From Octopus vulgaris (Eukaryota), in NCBI GenBank assembly GCA_951406725.2, contig OX597820.1:930001-994000 (forward strand): a stretch of 64,000 nt of DNA. The letters run 5' to 3'. Position numbers and translations under genes: made by a program. Under the pieces are notes generated by a model. That model was given only the letters and a program-made list of their open reading frames with translations, searched no databases and was not told where the DNA came from. The stretch's first letter is position 1. Each line of letters starts with the position of its first letter. This document shows, one piece after another, positions 39,019 to 52,143 of this stretch.

Positions 39019-39392
39019 AGGCGTAGGCATGGCTGTGTGGTAAGAAGCTGACTTCCCAAACACATGGTTCCTGGTTCAGTCCCATTGCGTGGCACCTCGG
39101 GCAGGTGTCTTCTACTATAGCCTCAGGCCAGCCAAAGCTTTGTGAGTGGATTTGGTAGATGGAAACTGAAAAGAAGCCCATCATATATATATGTATATAT
39201 TTATGTGTGTTTGTGTGTCTGTTTGTCCCCCTCACCATCACTTGACAACCGATGCTGGTGTGTTTATGTCCCTGTAACTTGGTGGTTCAGCAAAAGGGAC
39301 CGATAGAATGGGGTCGATTTCTGTGACTAAACTCTTTAAGGCGGTGCTCCAGCATGGCCACAGTCAACTGACTGAAACAAATAAAAGAATTA
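39019..39392 (+). mobile_element. SINE family B, full length
   Basis: Head to tail motifs intact. Further copies at 37401-37770(+), 43550-43912(-), 22080-22350(-), 56450-56640(-), 60765-60922(-). Confidence 0.85.
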
Positions 39393-39780
39393 AAGAGCAC
39401 ACACACACACACTCACATACATACACAATGTATGTATATATATGTGTAAATGTGTGCAAATGTACCTGTAAGTGTGCATATATAGATTTGTGTGCTACAT
39501 GTTCATGTATATATATATGTGTGTGTGTGTATGTGCATGCGAGTATATGCATGAAATACATACGCTACATGTGCTGCCCCCCCCCTCACTCATACCCCGC
39601 CTACCAATCGCCCCACAAAGATTGCTATTTTAATTAGCTATTTCCTCATCAGCATGGTAGTTCTACTCTGAATCCTGATTAATTAAGATGTGTGTGTGTA
39701 TATACAGATATGTATGTGTGTATACATATATATATGTGTGTATATACATATGTACATATGTGTATATACATTTGTACATA

Positions 39781-39825
<45 letters not shown>

Positions 39826-40734
39826 GTGTGTGTTTATGTATATACATATATATATATATATACACCGTGTGCATGTGTATACATATGTGTGTGTGTATAT
39901 ATATACATATATGAATACAAATATATATACATACATACATACATGTAATGTGCACTTATGTGTGTATGTTATTTAGGTTGGCTCTGTATGAAGCCATTCC
40001 ATATTACTAATATATTGGTTATACTTTGCAGATGCTGTTAAGTAGAAAGAATGGGAGGGGGGTGACGAAGGGGGAGCAGGGAGGCTGAGGGTTAGTATGT
40101 TTCATACTAAAGATTATTAGGCGATGATGATGATGATGATGATGATAACAGCAATGTTGATGGTGATGGTGACAAGTAGCGAAGAAATGGATCTGGGTTT
40201 TTTTTTGTATTACTACCACCCTATATATCTGGCATGACTGGCCCCTTTTGCCAAACAGCTGAGTTACGGGGACATAAATAAACCAACACTGATTGAAAAA
40301 CAGTTCAGGAGAAATACACAAAACCATGAAGTTACGGGGACATAAACAAACGAACACTGAAAGCCAGGGAGAAATACACTCACATTCTAATCTCCACATA
40401 CCATCTTGACTAATACGTTGCCTTCAGCCAATTCTCATTCAGGCAACCATCACTTCCCTGCATTTAAATATGGAGTTTAGGCACAAATTCAACCTGGTCC
40501 TTATTTGTATGCAGCAATCATTTTATGTCATCATTTGCCATCACATTACTCCTGATTTTCAAACAGAACCGACCATGCGCTCAGAGCCCAAATATCGCTT
40601 AGAGACACAAGGCACATTAGAAAAGCCTTCCTGGCCACGTGTCTTCACAGCAAGAAACTATTTGTGGCTCTTCTCCTTTATACTGTCTACAATAAATGGC
40701 ATTTATCTCTCACCAGATGGAGTGCTTTTTTGCT

Positions 40735-40906
40735 CAGTTCTATATTCAAGAAATGAGGAATTATTTACATTATTTACATTCGACGGATATTTGTCCTCAT
40801 CTTGTTTGTTGTTAACACAATGTTTCGGCTGATATACCCTCCAGCCTTCATCAGGTGTCTTGGGGAAATTTTGAAACTGGGTTCTCATTCCTAAGGTATT
40901 TTTCAA

Positions 40907-40947
<41 letters not shown>

Positions 40948-41013
40948 TCACTGCCTGGAATCAAACTGGTAATCTTGGGTTAGTAGCCCGTGCTCTTCAC
41001 CACTACGCCATAT
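40735..41013 (-). mobile_element. Stand-alone tRNA-headed hammerhead repeat (solo PLE pLTR / SINE-like unit)
   Basis: Minus strand: ATATGGCGTAGTGGTGAAGAGC...AGTTTGATTCCAGGCAGTGACC, (AAT)n linker, hammerhead, then TGTAAATAA repeats and ...ATATAGAACTG. Confidence 0.8.
40814..40859 (-). ncRNA. Minimal type-I hammerhead ribozyme
   Basis: GACAC-CTGATGA-A-GGCTG(GAGGGTATAT)CAGCC-GAAA-CA-TT-GTGTT. Canonical core and 5-bp stem II. Stem III reads ACAT here and ACGT in the 36.8-kb copy. Confidence 0.75.
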
Positions 41014-41386
41014 TGTTGATCCTATCTTAATGGAACTGTAAACTAGCGCGTGCGCGCACGTGTGTGTGTCTGTGTGTGTGTGTGTTTTTGTCATCCACTA
41101 CTGACTGACAATCAGTTTATGTCCCCATAACTTAGACCGATTGAATTAGTATACAAATATTGGGCTTGATTTGTTCAACTAAAAACCCTTCGAGGTAATG
41201 CCCCAGCATGGTCACAGTCCACGACTAAAACAAGTAAAAAATAAATGCAGACAGTATATGTTTCTGGTTCCTGGGCAAATGTTAAAAGCTGGAAGTAAAT
41301 CATGAAGCAGAACAACTTTCAGTTGTGACCGTTTTAATGAAAACCTTTCTATAGAGTGAAAGTTGAAACTCAGCACCCTTTATTAA

Positions 41387-41606
41387 CCCTTTCAATACCA
41401 ACCCAGCTAAAACTGCCTCTGGCTCTGAGTACAAATGTCTTGTTTTCATAAGTTTTGAATTAAAATCTTCCACTAAACCTTAGTCACAATTTATGTTCCT
41501 AAAACTAGCTTAATGATAACTAAGTCATTTTACTAAATTCTTTGTTATATTTAAAGTAATTGAAAGAAACACAGAGCATCTCAACAGAAATACGGTAATG
41601 AAAGGG
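41387..41606. mobile_element. piggyBac-type MITE
   Basis: TTAA on both sides (41383-41386, 41607-41610). TIRs CCCTTTCAATACC / GGTAATGAAAGGG match at 12/13. Confidence 0.9.
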
Positions 41607-44066
41607 TTAAAACCCTAGCACATTATCAAACCATTGATCAGGCTTGGATTTGTATAAAAGAATAAAGACAGTGTTTCCATTTTCTTTTCCATTTTTTGAC
41701 CAGGTCAAAGGTGTTTTATTTCTTCAGCTCAAAGAGAAATTCATCAAAGAAACATGAAGGCAAAAATTCTCACAAATATTCTGGGGATTACTTCTTGGAA
41801 TTTTGCAGTTTGAGAACTGTTATTCTTGATCTCACCCAAAATCCACCTGGTAGTGTAAGATTTTAGTCCCTGATCATATTCCATGCAGCTTCTTGTCTGC
41901 TACGCCATGGCGAGTTATTATTGTCTAATCTCATCCTTTTTTTAATGTTAAGTTGAGGGGTTTTGTCTTGCAGGTTATTTGGTAACTTCACTGGTGCCAG
42001 AATCATGTAAAAAGCACCCAGTACACTTGGTAAAATGGTTGGCATTAGGAAGGGCAACCAACTGTAGAAACCATGCTGAAGCAGATCTTGGAGCTTAAGG
42101 CAATCCTTTAACTTGCTGGCTCCTGTTGAATTGTTCAACCCATGCCAGCATGGAAAAGGGACATTAAATGATGGCATGTGTTTGATGGTTTGACAAGTTC
42201 CTAGTGACTGGAGGACTGTGTCGTTAGAATTTCATAGGAAATGAATAACGCAGAAATGCCATCTGAAATATAAAGAAATAATTAAATTTGTGTTAACATA
42301 TTTCATGTAATGAGGTGGCTGAACATTGACAAAGTTAACGAGAAATAATTGCGAAATGAAATAAAGAAAAAGAAAATGGAAACAGCGTTTTTATTCTTGT
42401 CTACAAATTCAAACGTGGTCAATGGTTTGAGAATGTGTTAAGGTTTTAATAAGGTGCTGAGTTGCATCTTTCACTCTGTATTAAGATGAAAGGTTTCCAT
42501 TAAAACAGTTACAACTGAAAACGTTTATGGGGTGGGGACAGGGTACAATGCACGCACACACACACACACACACACATACATACATAAGTGTACATGATGG
42601 GAGAACAACAGCCAGGCAGGGAGTCACACATACACAAACATAGTTTATTATTTTTTTGTAAGCTAACAATACGTAATCCATTGTTCCACTTAATGAAAAT
42701 GTCAGGTCACATGTTATACAGAATGTTCTTGAACACACACAAACACACACTTGTATATATGTTGTATGGTGAGTGTATATGTGTATGTACAAGTGTGTCT
42801 GTGTGTGTATGTGTATAGATGTCAAGCTCTATGAATGTATATGTATATTGCTTTTCATGTATGCGTGGATAGATAAATGGATAGGTAGACAGACAGATAC
42901 GTGTTTGCATATTTATAGGTAGGTAATTAAATTGACAAACAGGTAGATAGATGGGCAGGCAGGCAGAGGGATGGATTGATGTTTATATAGATGTATCCAT
43001 CTATATCACTGTATATATGTGTGTTTATATGCTTATGTATGAATGCATACATATACACAAAGACAACATATACACACTAACATCGTTTTCACTGCATAAC
43101 CACAAACTTCATCTTCACTATACATACATGTTTCAATTTAAAACCCCGCATGCATGTGTGTCTGTGCGTGTGTGTGTGTGTGTGTGTGTGTCTGTATGTA
43201 TGCCTGTGCCAATGTGTCTGCGTTTCCCATGCCCTCCCTCTCTTACTCAATCAGTCATGTTCAACCCTTGTAATCACTTTAAGCTGACCTTGTTCTCTCT
43301 TAACCTTTTCTCATTTCGCAATTCTGTCCTTCAAGCTTCTTTTATCAATGAGAGATTCTTCTGATGTCAATTATAAGACTAAAGATTTACTGTTCTTTGT
43401 ATGCTTTTTGTGATGTGGAATATGTCAGCTCCAGTTTAACTCTGTCGCTCTTTATCTTGTTGATGTGTAATCAAAGATGTTCCAAATGTGACCATCACAT
43501 TCTTTCTCTTACTATTTATTTATTTATTTTTGCTTTTTTGATTGACCTTATCTTTTACTTGTTTCACTTATGGGACTGCGACCATGTTGGGGCACACTTA
43601 TTTTAAAGTTTGTTATTTATTGTATCCATCTCTTTTGTCAAACAACTGTTACAGAAACATAAACAAACCAACACCAGTTGCCAAATAGTGTGGGAGCATA
43701 GGAGAGACAAACACATAGCCACACACACGCATGCACACACATACACACACACATGATGGGCTTCCACATAGTTTCCGTCTACCAAATTCACTCACAAAGC
43801 ATTGATTGGCCGAGGGCTAAAATACAAGACATTTGCTCAATGTGCCACTCAGTGGGACTGAACCTGAAACCATGTGGTTGCAAAGCAAGCTTCTTTAACC
43901 ACACAGCCATGCTAACAATTGTAATACCTTTTATTTGTCTGCAATGCTAAGCTCAAAACATTTTTTATGGGTTATGGAAGAAAAAACAAATTACTCCCCT
44001 CTTCCCCTTTACCTCACACAATTATTATTATTTTCTCAGTCACACTAAAAATATGCCATTTGACTA

Positions 44067-44968
44067 TAATAATAATAATAATAATAATAGTAATTGTGTA
44101 CAGTGCTCAGGTGCACTACAACTCATCTAAAGTGTATATATAATCAGGTGTAGTTTCGGCGGATTTCGGAAAGCATGAGGGCCTTAAAAGATGCAGTGTC
44201 ATGGCAGTCAACAACTGACGCAGGCAGTTTATTCCATGCTTCAGCAACTCTGAGCGTGAAAAAATGTTTCCGAAAGTCATGGGAGCTGTATTGTTTTCTG
44301 ACTTTGTAGGCATGTCCACGTGTGTTAGACACATGGAGATCAAAAAGGTGTTCAGTGTTGTTGTTGGTGAGGTGGTTGATAACTTTGTGGGTGTTTACCA
44401 AGTCCGTCGCCAAACGCCGGAGCTTCAGTGAATCCATGCCCAGGGAAATAAGGCGCTCAGAATATGGTAGGTGTCTGATGGAGGGTATGCGTTTGGTTGC
44501 ACGTCTCTGGACAGATTCCAGGAGGTCAATGTTCTGTGCAATATAGGGGTTCCAAACTGATGATGCGAATTCCAAGTGTGGTCGTACCATAGCTGTATAC
44601 AGTTTTAAATAGATGGCTGGAGAGCGGCTAACAAAAGACCTGCTGAGTGATGCCAAGACACCCTCGGCCTTCCTGACAATCTTAGAGATATGCTTTGACC
44701 AATGCAAATCACTGCTGACAGTGATGCCTAGGTCACGCTCGCAAGAGGATTTCTTGATATCAGTGTTGTGGAGGGAGTATGTGAACGCAGGGTTTTTTCT
44801 CCCAAAATGCATGGTGGTACACTTGTCCACAGCCAGTTTCAGTTGCCAGTCTGTGATCCATTGCTGCATTGTGTCTAGGTCTGATTGCAGGAAAGAGTTG
44901 TAGACATCAGGATCTGTCCTCTTGATTTCAAGGTACAGCTTGATGTCGTCTGCATATTTCAATAGCAA
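44067..44968 (-). mobile_element. 5'-truncated CR1-type LINE with 3' UTR and (TTA)n tail
   Basis: RT ORF at 44144-44968, followed by a short UTR ...AGTTGTAGTGCACCTGAGCACTGTACACAA and (TAT)n. Confidence 0.92.
44144..44968 (-). CDS. Reverse transcriptase C-terminal portion of CR1-type LINE ORF2 (274 aa, uninterrupted, no true start)
   Basis: YADD, LQSDLD...W, KCTTMHFG, ERDLGITV, LYTAMVRPHLEFASSVWNP, LESVQRRATK, YSERL, TRGH, FFTLRV...WNKLP. Confidence 0.9.
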   Translation of the reverse strand: MLLKYADDIKLYLEIKRTDPDVYNSFLQSDLDTMQQWITDWQLKLAVDKCTTMHFGRKNPAFTYSLHNTDIKKSSCERDLGITVSSDLHWSKHISKIVRKAEGVLASLSRSFVSRSPAIYLKLYTAMVRPHLEFASSVWNPYIAQNIDLLESVQRRATKRIPSIRHLPYSERLISLGMDSLKLRRLATDLVNTHKVINHLTNNNTEHLFDLHVSNTRGHAYKVRKQYSSHDFRKHFFTLRVAEAWNKLPASVVDCHDTASFKALMLSEIRRNYT

Positions 44969-45345
44969 TGGTCCCCAATCTTTTCACTACTGAGGACCCC
45001 TTTTATTTAAATGAGTTTTCCCACAGATCCCTTTTAATATACTTATCCTTATGTATATATATTATATATGAGAAAAATTATATTAATGTGTCCTACTTGT
45101 TAAAATTCTATTTATTCATTTGTGCAGCTGAAGATAGCACTGCATTTAAACTGACGTAATGATTGCATTGTTCAATTAAATGGTGCCACATGAAATGGTA
45201 ATACTGCATCACTACATGATATCCTGTTGCTTATTTTGATTTTATTCACCTAACTTCATGCTGTGTGGATAATACCGGACTGACTTGGTGCTTCAACTTA
45301 AGTACCTAATTTAACTGAATCTCAGTTATTTCTTTATATATATAC

Positions 45346-45393
<48 letters not shown>

Positions 45394-45394
45394 T

Positions 45395-45758
45395 GGAGGT
45401 ACAATGCCCAGTGGTTAGGGCAGTGGACTCATGATCATAGGGTCGCGGTTTCAATTCCCAGACCGGGTGCTGTGAGTGTTTGGGCGAAAACACATAAAGC
45501 TCCACGAGGCTCTGGCAAGGGGTGGTGGTGAACCTTGCTGTACTCTTTCACGACAACTTTCTCTCACTCTTTCTTCCTGTTTCTGTTGTACCTGTATTTC
45601 AAAGGGCCAACCTTGTCACACTGTTTCTCCCTGAGAACTACATTAAGAGTACATGTGTCTGTGGAGTACTCAGCCACTTGCACATTAATTTCACGAGCAA
45701 GCTGTTCTGTTGATCAGATCAACTAGAACATCCGTCGTCGTAACCGATAGAGAGCCAC
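45395..45758 (+). mobile_element. SINE family C (long subtype)
   Basis: tRNA-like head TGCCCAGTGGTTAGGGCAG..GGTTTCAATTCCC. Body matches 34866-35244. Flanked by (TA)n. Confidence 0.85.
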
Positions 45759-45820
<62 letters not shown>

Positions 45821-46496
45821 ATGTGTGTGTGTGTGTGTGAAATTTTGAATTTAGTTCACAGACCCCCAGTACTACTTTTGTAGACCACTTTTGTAGTCTG
45901 TGGAACCACTGGACTATAGTGACAGGGAACCATTTTAGCTAACCCAGTTCAAAATTTGAATTTCTTTAATAATCCTGTTGTTGCGGTGACACTTACATAT
46001 CATCATCATCATCATCCTCATCTTTTTAATGTCCCCTTTTCCTTGCTTGCATGGGTCAGATGGAATTTGTTGTAGCAGGCATTTCTGCAGCTGGATGCTC
46101 TTCATGTAGCCAACACTCACCTGTTTGCAAATAAGGTAATGTTCCCCCATAAACAGATATGCTTTCATAGAAGATTGGTAATGAAAGACCCTGCTTGCAT
46201 GATAGTGCCCCATGGCCAAACATGTTTTTTGTGAAAGATTGGAAACAAGCAGCATCATGTACATGACAGTGATACATGTTTACAACTGTCACATGATGTC
46301 AAAGCAGGCAGGCACACACATGAGCACATGTACACACACACACATATATATATATGTAGTTGGAAGTTATAGAAAAACAAGACGAAGACAGGTGTATGAA
46401 CAACAAGCAGGTGTATTAGTTTAATGCTCAGGAAAAATGGAAAAGTCTTTTACGTTTCGAGCCTATGCTCTTTCACAGAAAGGATTAAGATCTATC

Positions 46497-46527
<31 letters not shown>

Positions 46528-46829
46528 ACCACGTTCTCTGTTTTTTGTCTTTGTTGCCGCACATATTCACTAGCTTTCTTACAAAAAATATAATGCTCTT
46601 AGCTTAAACCCTTTTGGGGGCAACCAGATCGAACTATCTTAAGTGTAACTGCTTGAAACAGTAAGGATTTCTGGTAACCTGACTGAGGAAAGAAGGCCAC
46701 CATTGCCCCCCCCCCCCCCCCGGTCTTTTTTTTCTCTCCTTCTAATTGTTGTTTCTCCTGTCCACCTTTGTATTGTCTATCTGTCTGAATGTTTTCTTGT
46801 CCTCTATTGTGTTTTTGTTCCATACACAC

Positions 46830-46891
<62 letters not shown>

Positions 46892-46944
46892 AAGAGAGAG
46901 AGAGAGGCTGAAAAGAGATTAGAGATCTATTCAAATCAAATTTT

Positions 46945-47357
46945 TATTTATAAAAGATGGAGTTGGAAACAGCAGAGAAGTAAATTTAAAACATTTCAAT
47001 TTAGAAAGAAATTAAACCTGTGCTAGCATGGAAAACAGACGTTAAACGATGATGATGATGATTTAAAATTTTTTTTGTATATATAGAAAACATAAAATAT
47101 TTAATAAAATGATTTAAAAATTTTATTTTTATATATATAGAAAATATAAATTTTTTATAAAATTTTTTATGCATATATATATAAAATATAAAATATATTT
47201 TCTATTTTCTATATATATAAAAATATAAATTTTAAATCATTTTATTAAGTAGTTTCTATTTTCTATATAAGCAAAAAAAAAAAAAAAATCATTTTATTAA
47301 TTTCTTTCTAAATTGAAATGTTTTAAATTTACTGCTCTGCTGTTTCCACCTCCATTT

Positions 47358-47365
<8 letters not shown>
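46945..47365. repeat. AT-rich foldback (~70-bp outer arms, palindromic interior) with a short family-E tail inserted at 47016-47061
   Basis: TATTTATAAAA..ATGGAG.TGGAAACAGCAGAG.AGTAAATTTAAAACATTTCAATTTAGAAAGAAATTAA has its reverse complement at about 47297-47365. Confidence 0.8.
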
Positions 47366-47400
<35 letters not shown>

Positions 47401-47769
47401 TCATACACATTGGGCTTCTTTCAATTTCTATCTATCAAATTAACTTGCTAGGTCTTGGTTAGCCCAGGATTATAGAAAGTGCCACACTGTGGGACTGAAC
47501 CCAAAAACCATGTGGTTTGGAAGCAAGCTTCTGAACCACCCCTGCACCCACACCATATCTACATATATTTTAGTTTTAGACAAATTGTTGTGAATAAGCT
47601 TCATAGAACCTGATAGTGAAAAGAGAATTCAAAGTTGGTCAGGTTTCAGCCAAAACTTTGTGCTTTGTCACTTCTGACTCTCATATCACAGATTCAACAT
47701 GATGTTGTGTGTCTTCTTAAAGTCACGACCAATATCTCTTATCGTGACATTATCATGTCAGCTGTTCAT

Positions 47770-47901
47770 CTTCAATTTGCATAATATCCTGATGAAATCT
47801 GCTGATGCAAACCAAATTTATTCATCTCTACTCAAGGTTACACACAGGGACAGAATCACAAACTCTAAAGTCCTGAGAAGAGCCAATCTGATCTGTACAG
47901 C

Positions 47902-47936
<35 letters not shown>

Positions 47937-48145
47937 GTTGTGGTGGAATGAAGAGTAAGACTTGCAGGTCATGTTTTCCAATTGCCAAAAGAACAAATAC
48001 CTAAGACAATGGGTGCCAGCAGAAGGATGAAGGAAGAGGAGGCAGAGCCAAGAAGAAAATCTGAAATCTGGGAATGTGCCGGGGCCTAAGCTCAAAACCC
48101 AAGATGACTGGAGATGTGGGGGGCGGGGGGTCTGCATGGAATGCA
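47770..48145 (+). mobile_element. RTE-clade LINE remnant
   Basis: LKVTHRDRITNSKVLRRAN ... RLAGHVFQLP ... WVPAEG.RKR resemble the post-RT motifs of RTE ORFs. Disrupted. Confidence 0.55.
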
Positions 48146-49462
48146 ATAAAACAATGACTAATTGGCCCCAGGGTGTCTTTTGTGATTTTCGTTGTGGCCT
48201 TATTGAGATGTCTTAAGGTATAGAAGTACAGTGGCCAGTTGGGTTCTAGGGACCCAATGCTACTTTATGTATATTGTGGCAAGTTGAATATGTGGAAGCC
48301 CTAGAGCATGGCTCATTGCTTAGCCTAGGGGCTCATGATGCTGTTTAAAAACCACCCTTTTTTATTGGGAGTTTGTACTGCCATGTAAAGTAGATAAATT
48401 AGATATGTTTCTACGAGATGTTTAAAGTGTTTACCTATAAATGTTTACATATGGCTTCAGCCAAGAGATTGCAAGGAATTTTGAAATCACAACCTTCCAT
48501 TGACCAATTTTGTTCTCTTTCTCCTTCTATCTGCCACTCCCCCTTGTTCTCTCTCATTTTCTGTCTGTCTGTCTCTGTTTGTCTCTCTCTTCCCTTCCCT
48601 CCTATCTCTCCTACTTTCTTTGTTTCTGTCTGTTTCCCTCCCTCGCTCTATCTCTCTCTCCTACCCTCTCTCTTTCTGTCTTCCTATTCACACCCCACTG
48701 TCACACACACACACACACACACTCACCCATTTCGATGCTTTTAATCCCTAAAACTCTTTCACGGTAACACTTTAAAAGAACTGACACACACCAAATCTAC
48801 AAATCTTTCAACAAATAATAATGCTAAAGAAATCCCTTGAAATACCAAAACAAATCCAATTCCAAAGTCTTGAAACCATTCAACCCTTTGAACAGCAGCA
48901 TTCTTTTGCTGCTTTGCCATGGCACCAGTCTTGAAAACTACCTCAGTAAATCTTTAATCTTTTATTCGACTTAGTCATTGGAGTGCAGCCATGAAAGGTT
49001 CAATCAAACAAATCAAACCCTGGACTTATTCTTTATTAATTCTGGTACTTACTCTATTGGTCCCTTTCGTCAAACCACTAAGTCATGGGGGCATAAACAA
49101 ACCAACACCGGTTGTCAAACAGTGTGGAAATACAAACGAACACACACACATATGGGTGTTTTTGTGGCTGTGTGGTAAGAAGTTTGCTTCCCAACCACAT
49201 GATTCTGGGTTCGGTCCCACTGCATGGCAGTACCTTGGTTAAGGGTCTCCTACTTTAGCTCCTGGCTGACCCATGCTATGTGAATGGATTTGACAGACAG
49301 AAACTGAAAGAAACCCATCGTATATCATCATCATCATCATCATTTAATGTCCGCTGTCCATCCTGGCATGAGTTGGACAGTTTGACCAGGGCCGGCAAGC
49401 TGCAGCAGCCTCTTCCAGTCTAATTTGGCATCCTTCTGCATCACATGACTAAACCATATAAA

Positions 49463-49495
<33 letters not shown>

Positions 49496-49754
49496 GTCTC
49501 CTTGCCATGACTTCTCATGATGGATGTAAACGAGCGTCACTGGCACACAAGCAGTGTCCTACTTTTCCAATCTTCCATGAAAACATGTCTGGTCATGGGG
49601 GAATACCTCCATGTTTGGAAACAGGTGAGGGTTGGTGATAGTAAAGGCATCCAGCAATAAATATAAAAATCCACCTCCATCTCAGCAAATTCTCTCCAGT
49701 CTATGCAAACATGGCATAAAATAGCTGTTCAAACGATGATGATGAAAATGCTGC

Positions 49755-49795
<41 letters not shown>

Positions 49796-50354
49796 ATGAT
49801 GAAGAACTTTAGATTTTGTGTTGCACCCTCTCTGCCCCCTCTGCCATCCTGTTAAGAAGTCCATGTGAATATTCCATCCGAAATTCCAGACCAATTCCTC
49901 ATTCTTCGTTTTCCTTACCATTAACAACAGTCTGACTAAACTAAAAGTGAAAGCAGAAGCATCGAGAGACTTGGAAGTCGGATGAGAGATGAGAGGTGGG
50001 GGTGGGGGTAGCTACTGACTGATTTTACTTTCATTTCTATGTTTACCTGTCAGTTTAGTTAACAACCTCCAGCCAGGTGAGTGGATGGTTGATGTGCAGT
50101 GGAGAGGGCGTAAATGTTTGCATAGCAGCTGTTTTAATATACTGAAGAGAGCCAACCAACCCACACAGATCTACACACACACACACACACACTTCTCTGC
50201 CAATGCACACACCATCTCTAGCAATGCTATCATTAGACTGCTGGCCTGGAATTCTGCAACTCTGAAATTCCTTGCAACATTATATATATATATATATATA
50301 TATATAATGTGTGTGTGTATTTGTGTATCTAAATACACACACATAGGTGTGTGT

Positions 50355-50394
<40 letters not shown>

Positions 50395-50608
50395 ATATAT
50401 ATGTATTGTTTAACTGAAATCTAGCTTTAAGATCTTGGCTATTATTTCTGACTCTCCAACCACTTGCCTCCCACTCTCTCTCACTTTTCACACTTACACA
50501 CGCACAATCTATCTATCTATCTATATGCCTATCTATCTATCTATCCATCCATCCATCTATCTATCTATCTATCCATCCATCCATCCATCCATCCATCTAT
50601 CTATATGC

Positions 50609-50660
<52 letters not shown>

Positions 50661-50698
50661 ATCTATCTATCTATCTATCTGCCTATCTATCTATATGC

Positions 50699-50744
<46 letters not shown>

Positions 50745-51327
50745 GTCTGTCTGTCTACTTAACACTCTATCTATCTGCCACTCTGTCTATCTCCCTATCC
50801 TAACTAACTTATCTCATAACATATACACAGCACCACAAAAACGTTGATAATACACATATAAATTAACACAGACAAACACACACTCACACACAAACACACA
50901 CATACACACAAACACACGATAAAGAATGGCAGGGGAAAAAAGAAAAGGGAAAAAAAGTTACTCGTATAAATAAAAAGCTGAACTGATGAAGAGATCAGAG
51001 ATTTGAGTTGAGTATTTATTGAAATAAACTGAAATACACTTTTATTGATGTATAAACATTGGTAGATTGTCATGTTTAGCTGGAATTGGCCGCCAGAGTT
51101 TATCCATTCTCTCTAACATAAACAAATAATGTGAATGTCAGTTTATTTACATACACTAAGAATAGGTTGGCTGTGTGGTTAAGGAGCTTGCCTCCCAACC
51201 TTGAGGTCTCGGGTTCATTTCTTCATTCCAACTGTACAGCAGTTTGGGGATTCTAGACTGGCCAAAGTGTTGGAAGTGGGTTTCGGAGACAGAATCTTAA
51301 AGAAGCGTATTGTGGGTGTGTATGTGT

Positions 51328-51850
51328 CTTTCTTGTTTCAGTTATTTGACTGTGGCCATGCTGCAGCACTGCCTTGATGAATGTTACTTCAATGAATCAA
51401 CTCCGGTACTTTTATTTTGTAAACTTGGTATTCTGTTGGTCACTTTTGCTGAACTGCTAAGTTGCAGGAACATAAACACATCAACATCAGCTGTCAAGCA
51501 GTGGTGGAAGAGAAACACACACACACACACGACTGGCTTCTTTCAGTTTTCCATCTGCCAAATTCATTCACAAAGGCTTTGGATGGCCCGAAGCTATAGT
51601 TGAAGACACTTGCCCAAAGTGCCATGCAGTAGGACTGAACCTGGAACCAATGGTTGCAAAACAAACTTCTTACCACATGATCACACCTGAGTGGCTGTGT
51701 GGTAAGTAGCTTGCTTACCAACCACATGGTTCTGGGTTCAGTCCTACTGCATGGCACCTTGGGCAAGTGCCTTCTACTATAGCTTCGGGCTGACCAAAGC
51801 CTTGTGAGTGGATTTGGTAGACGGAAACTGAAAGAAGCCCGTCATATATA

Positions 51851-51881
<31 letters not shown>

Positions 51882-52143
51882 ATGTATGTATGTATGTATG
51901 TATGTATGTATATATATATATATATGTATGTGTGTGTATATGTTTGTGTGTCTGTGTTTGTCCCCCAAGATCGCTTGACAACCGATGCTGGTGTGTTTAC
52001 GATCCCAACACTTAGTGGTTCGGCAAAAGGGACCGATAGAATAAGTACTAGGCTTACAAAGAATAAGTCCTGGGGTCGATTTCTTTGACTAAAGGCGGTG
52101 CTCTAGCATGACCAGAGTCAAATGACTGAAACAAGTAAAAGAG
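51328..52143. mobile_element. Head-to-head SINE B pair: 51328-51680(-) and 51689-52143(+)
   Basis: Two near-full-length copies diverging from about 51685. Confidence 0.85.

Noticed and set aside
49910-50085. Cluster of splice-donor-like words on both strands (ATG|GTAAGG, CAG|GTAAAC, CAG|GTGAGT)
   Set aside because: Conflicting orientations and no coherent exon; chance matches cannot be excluded.
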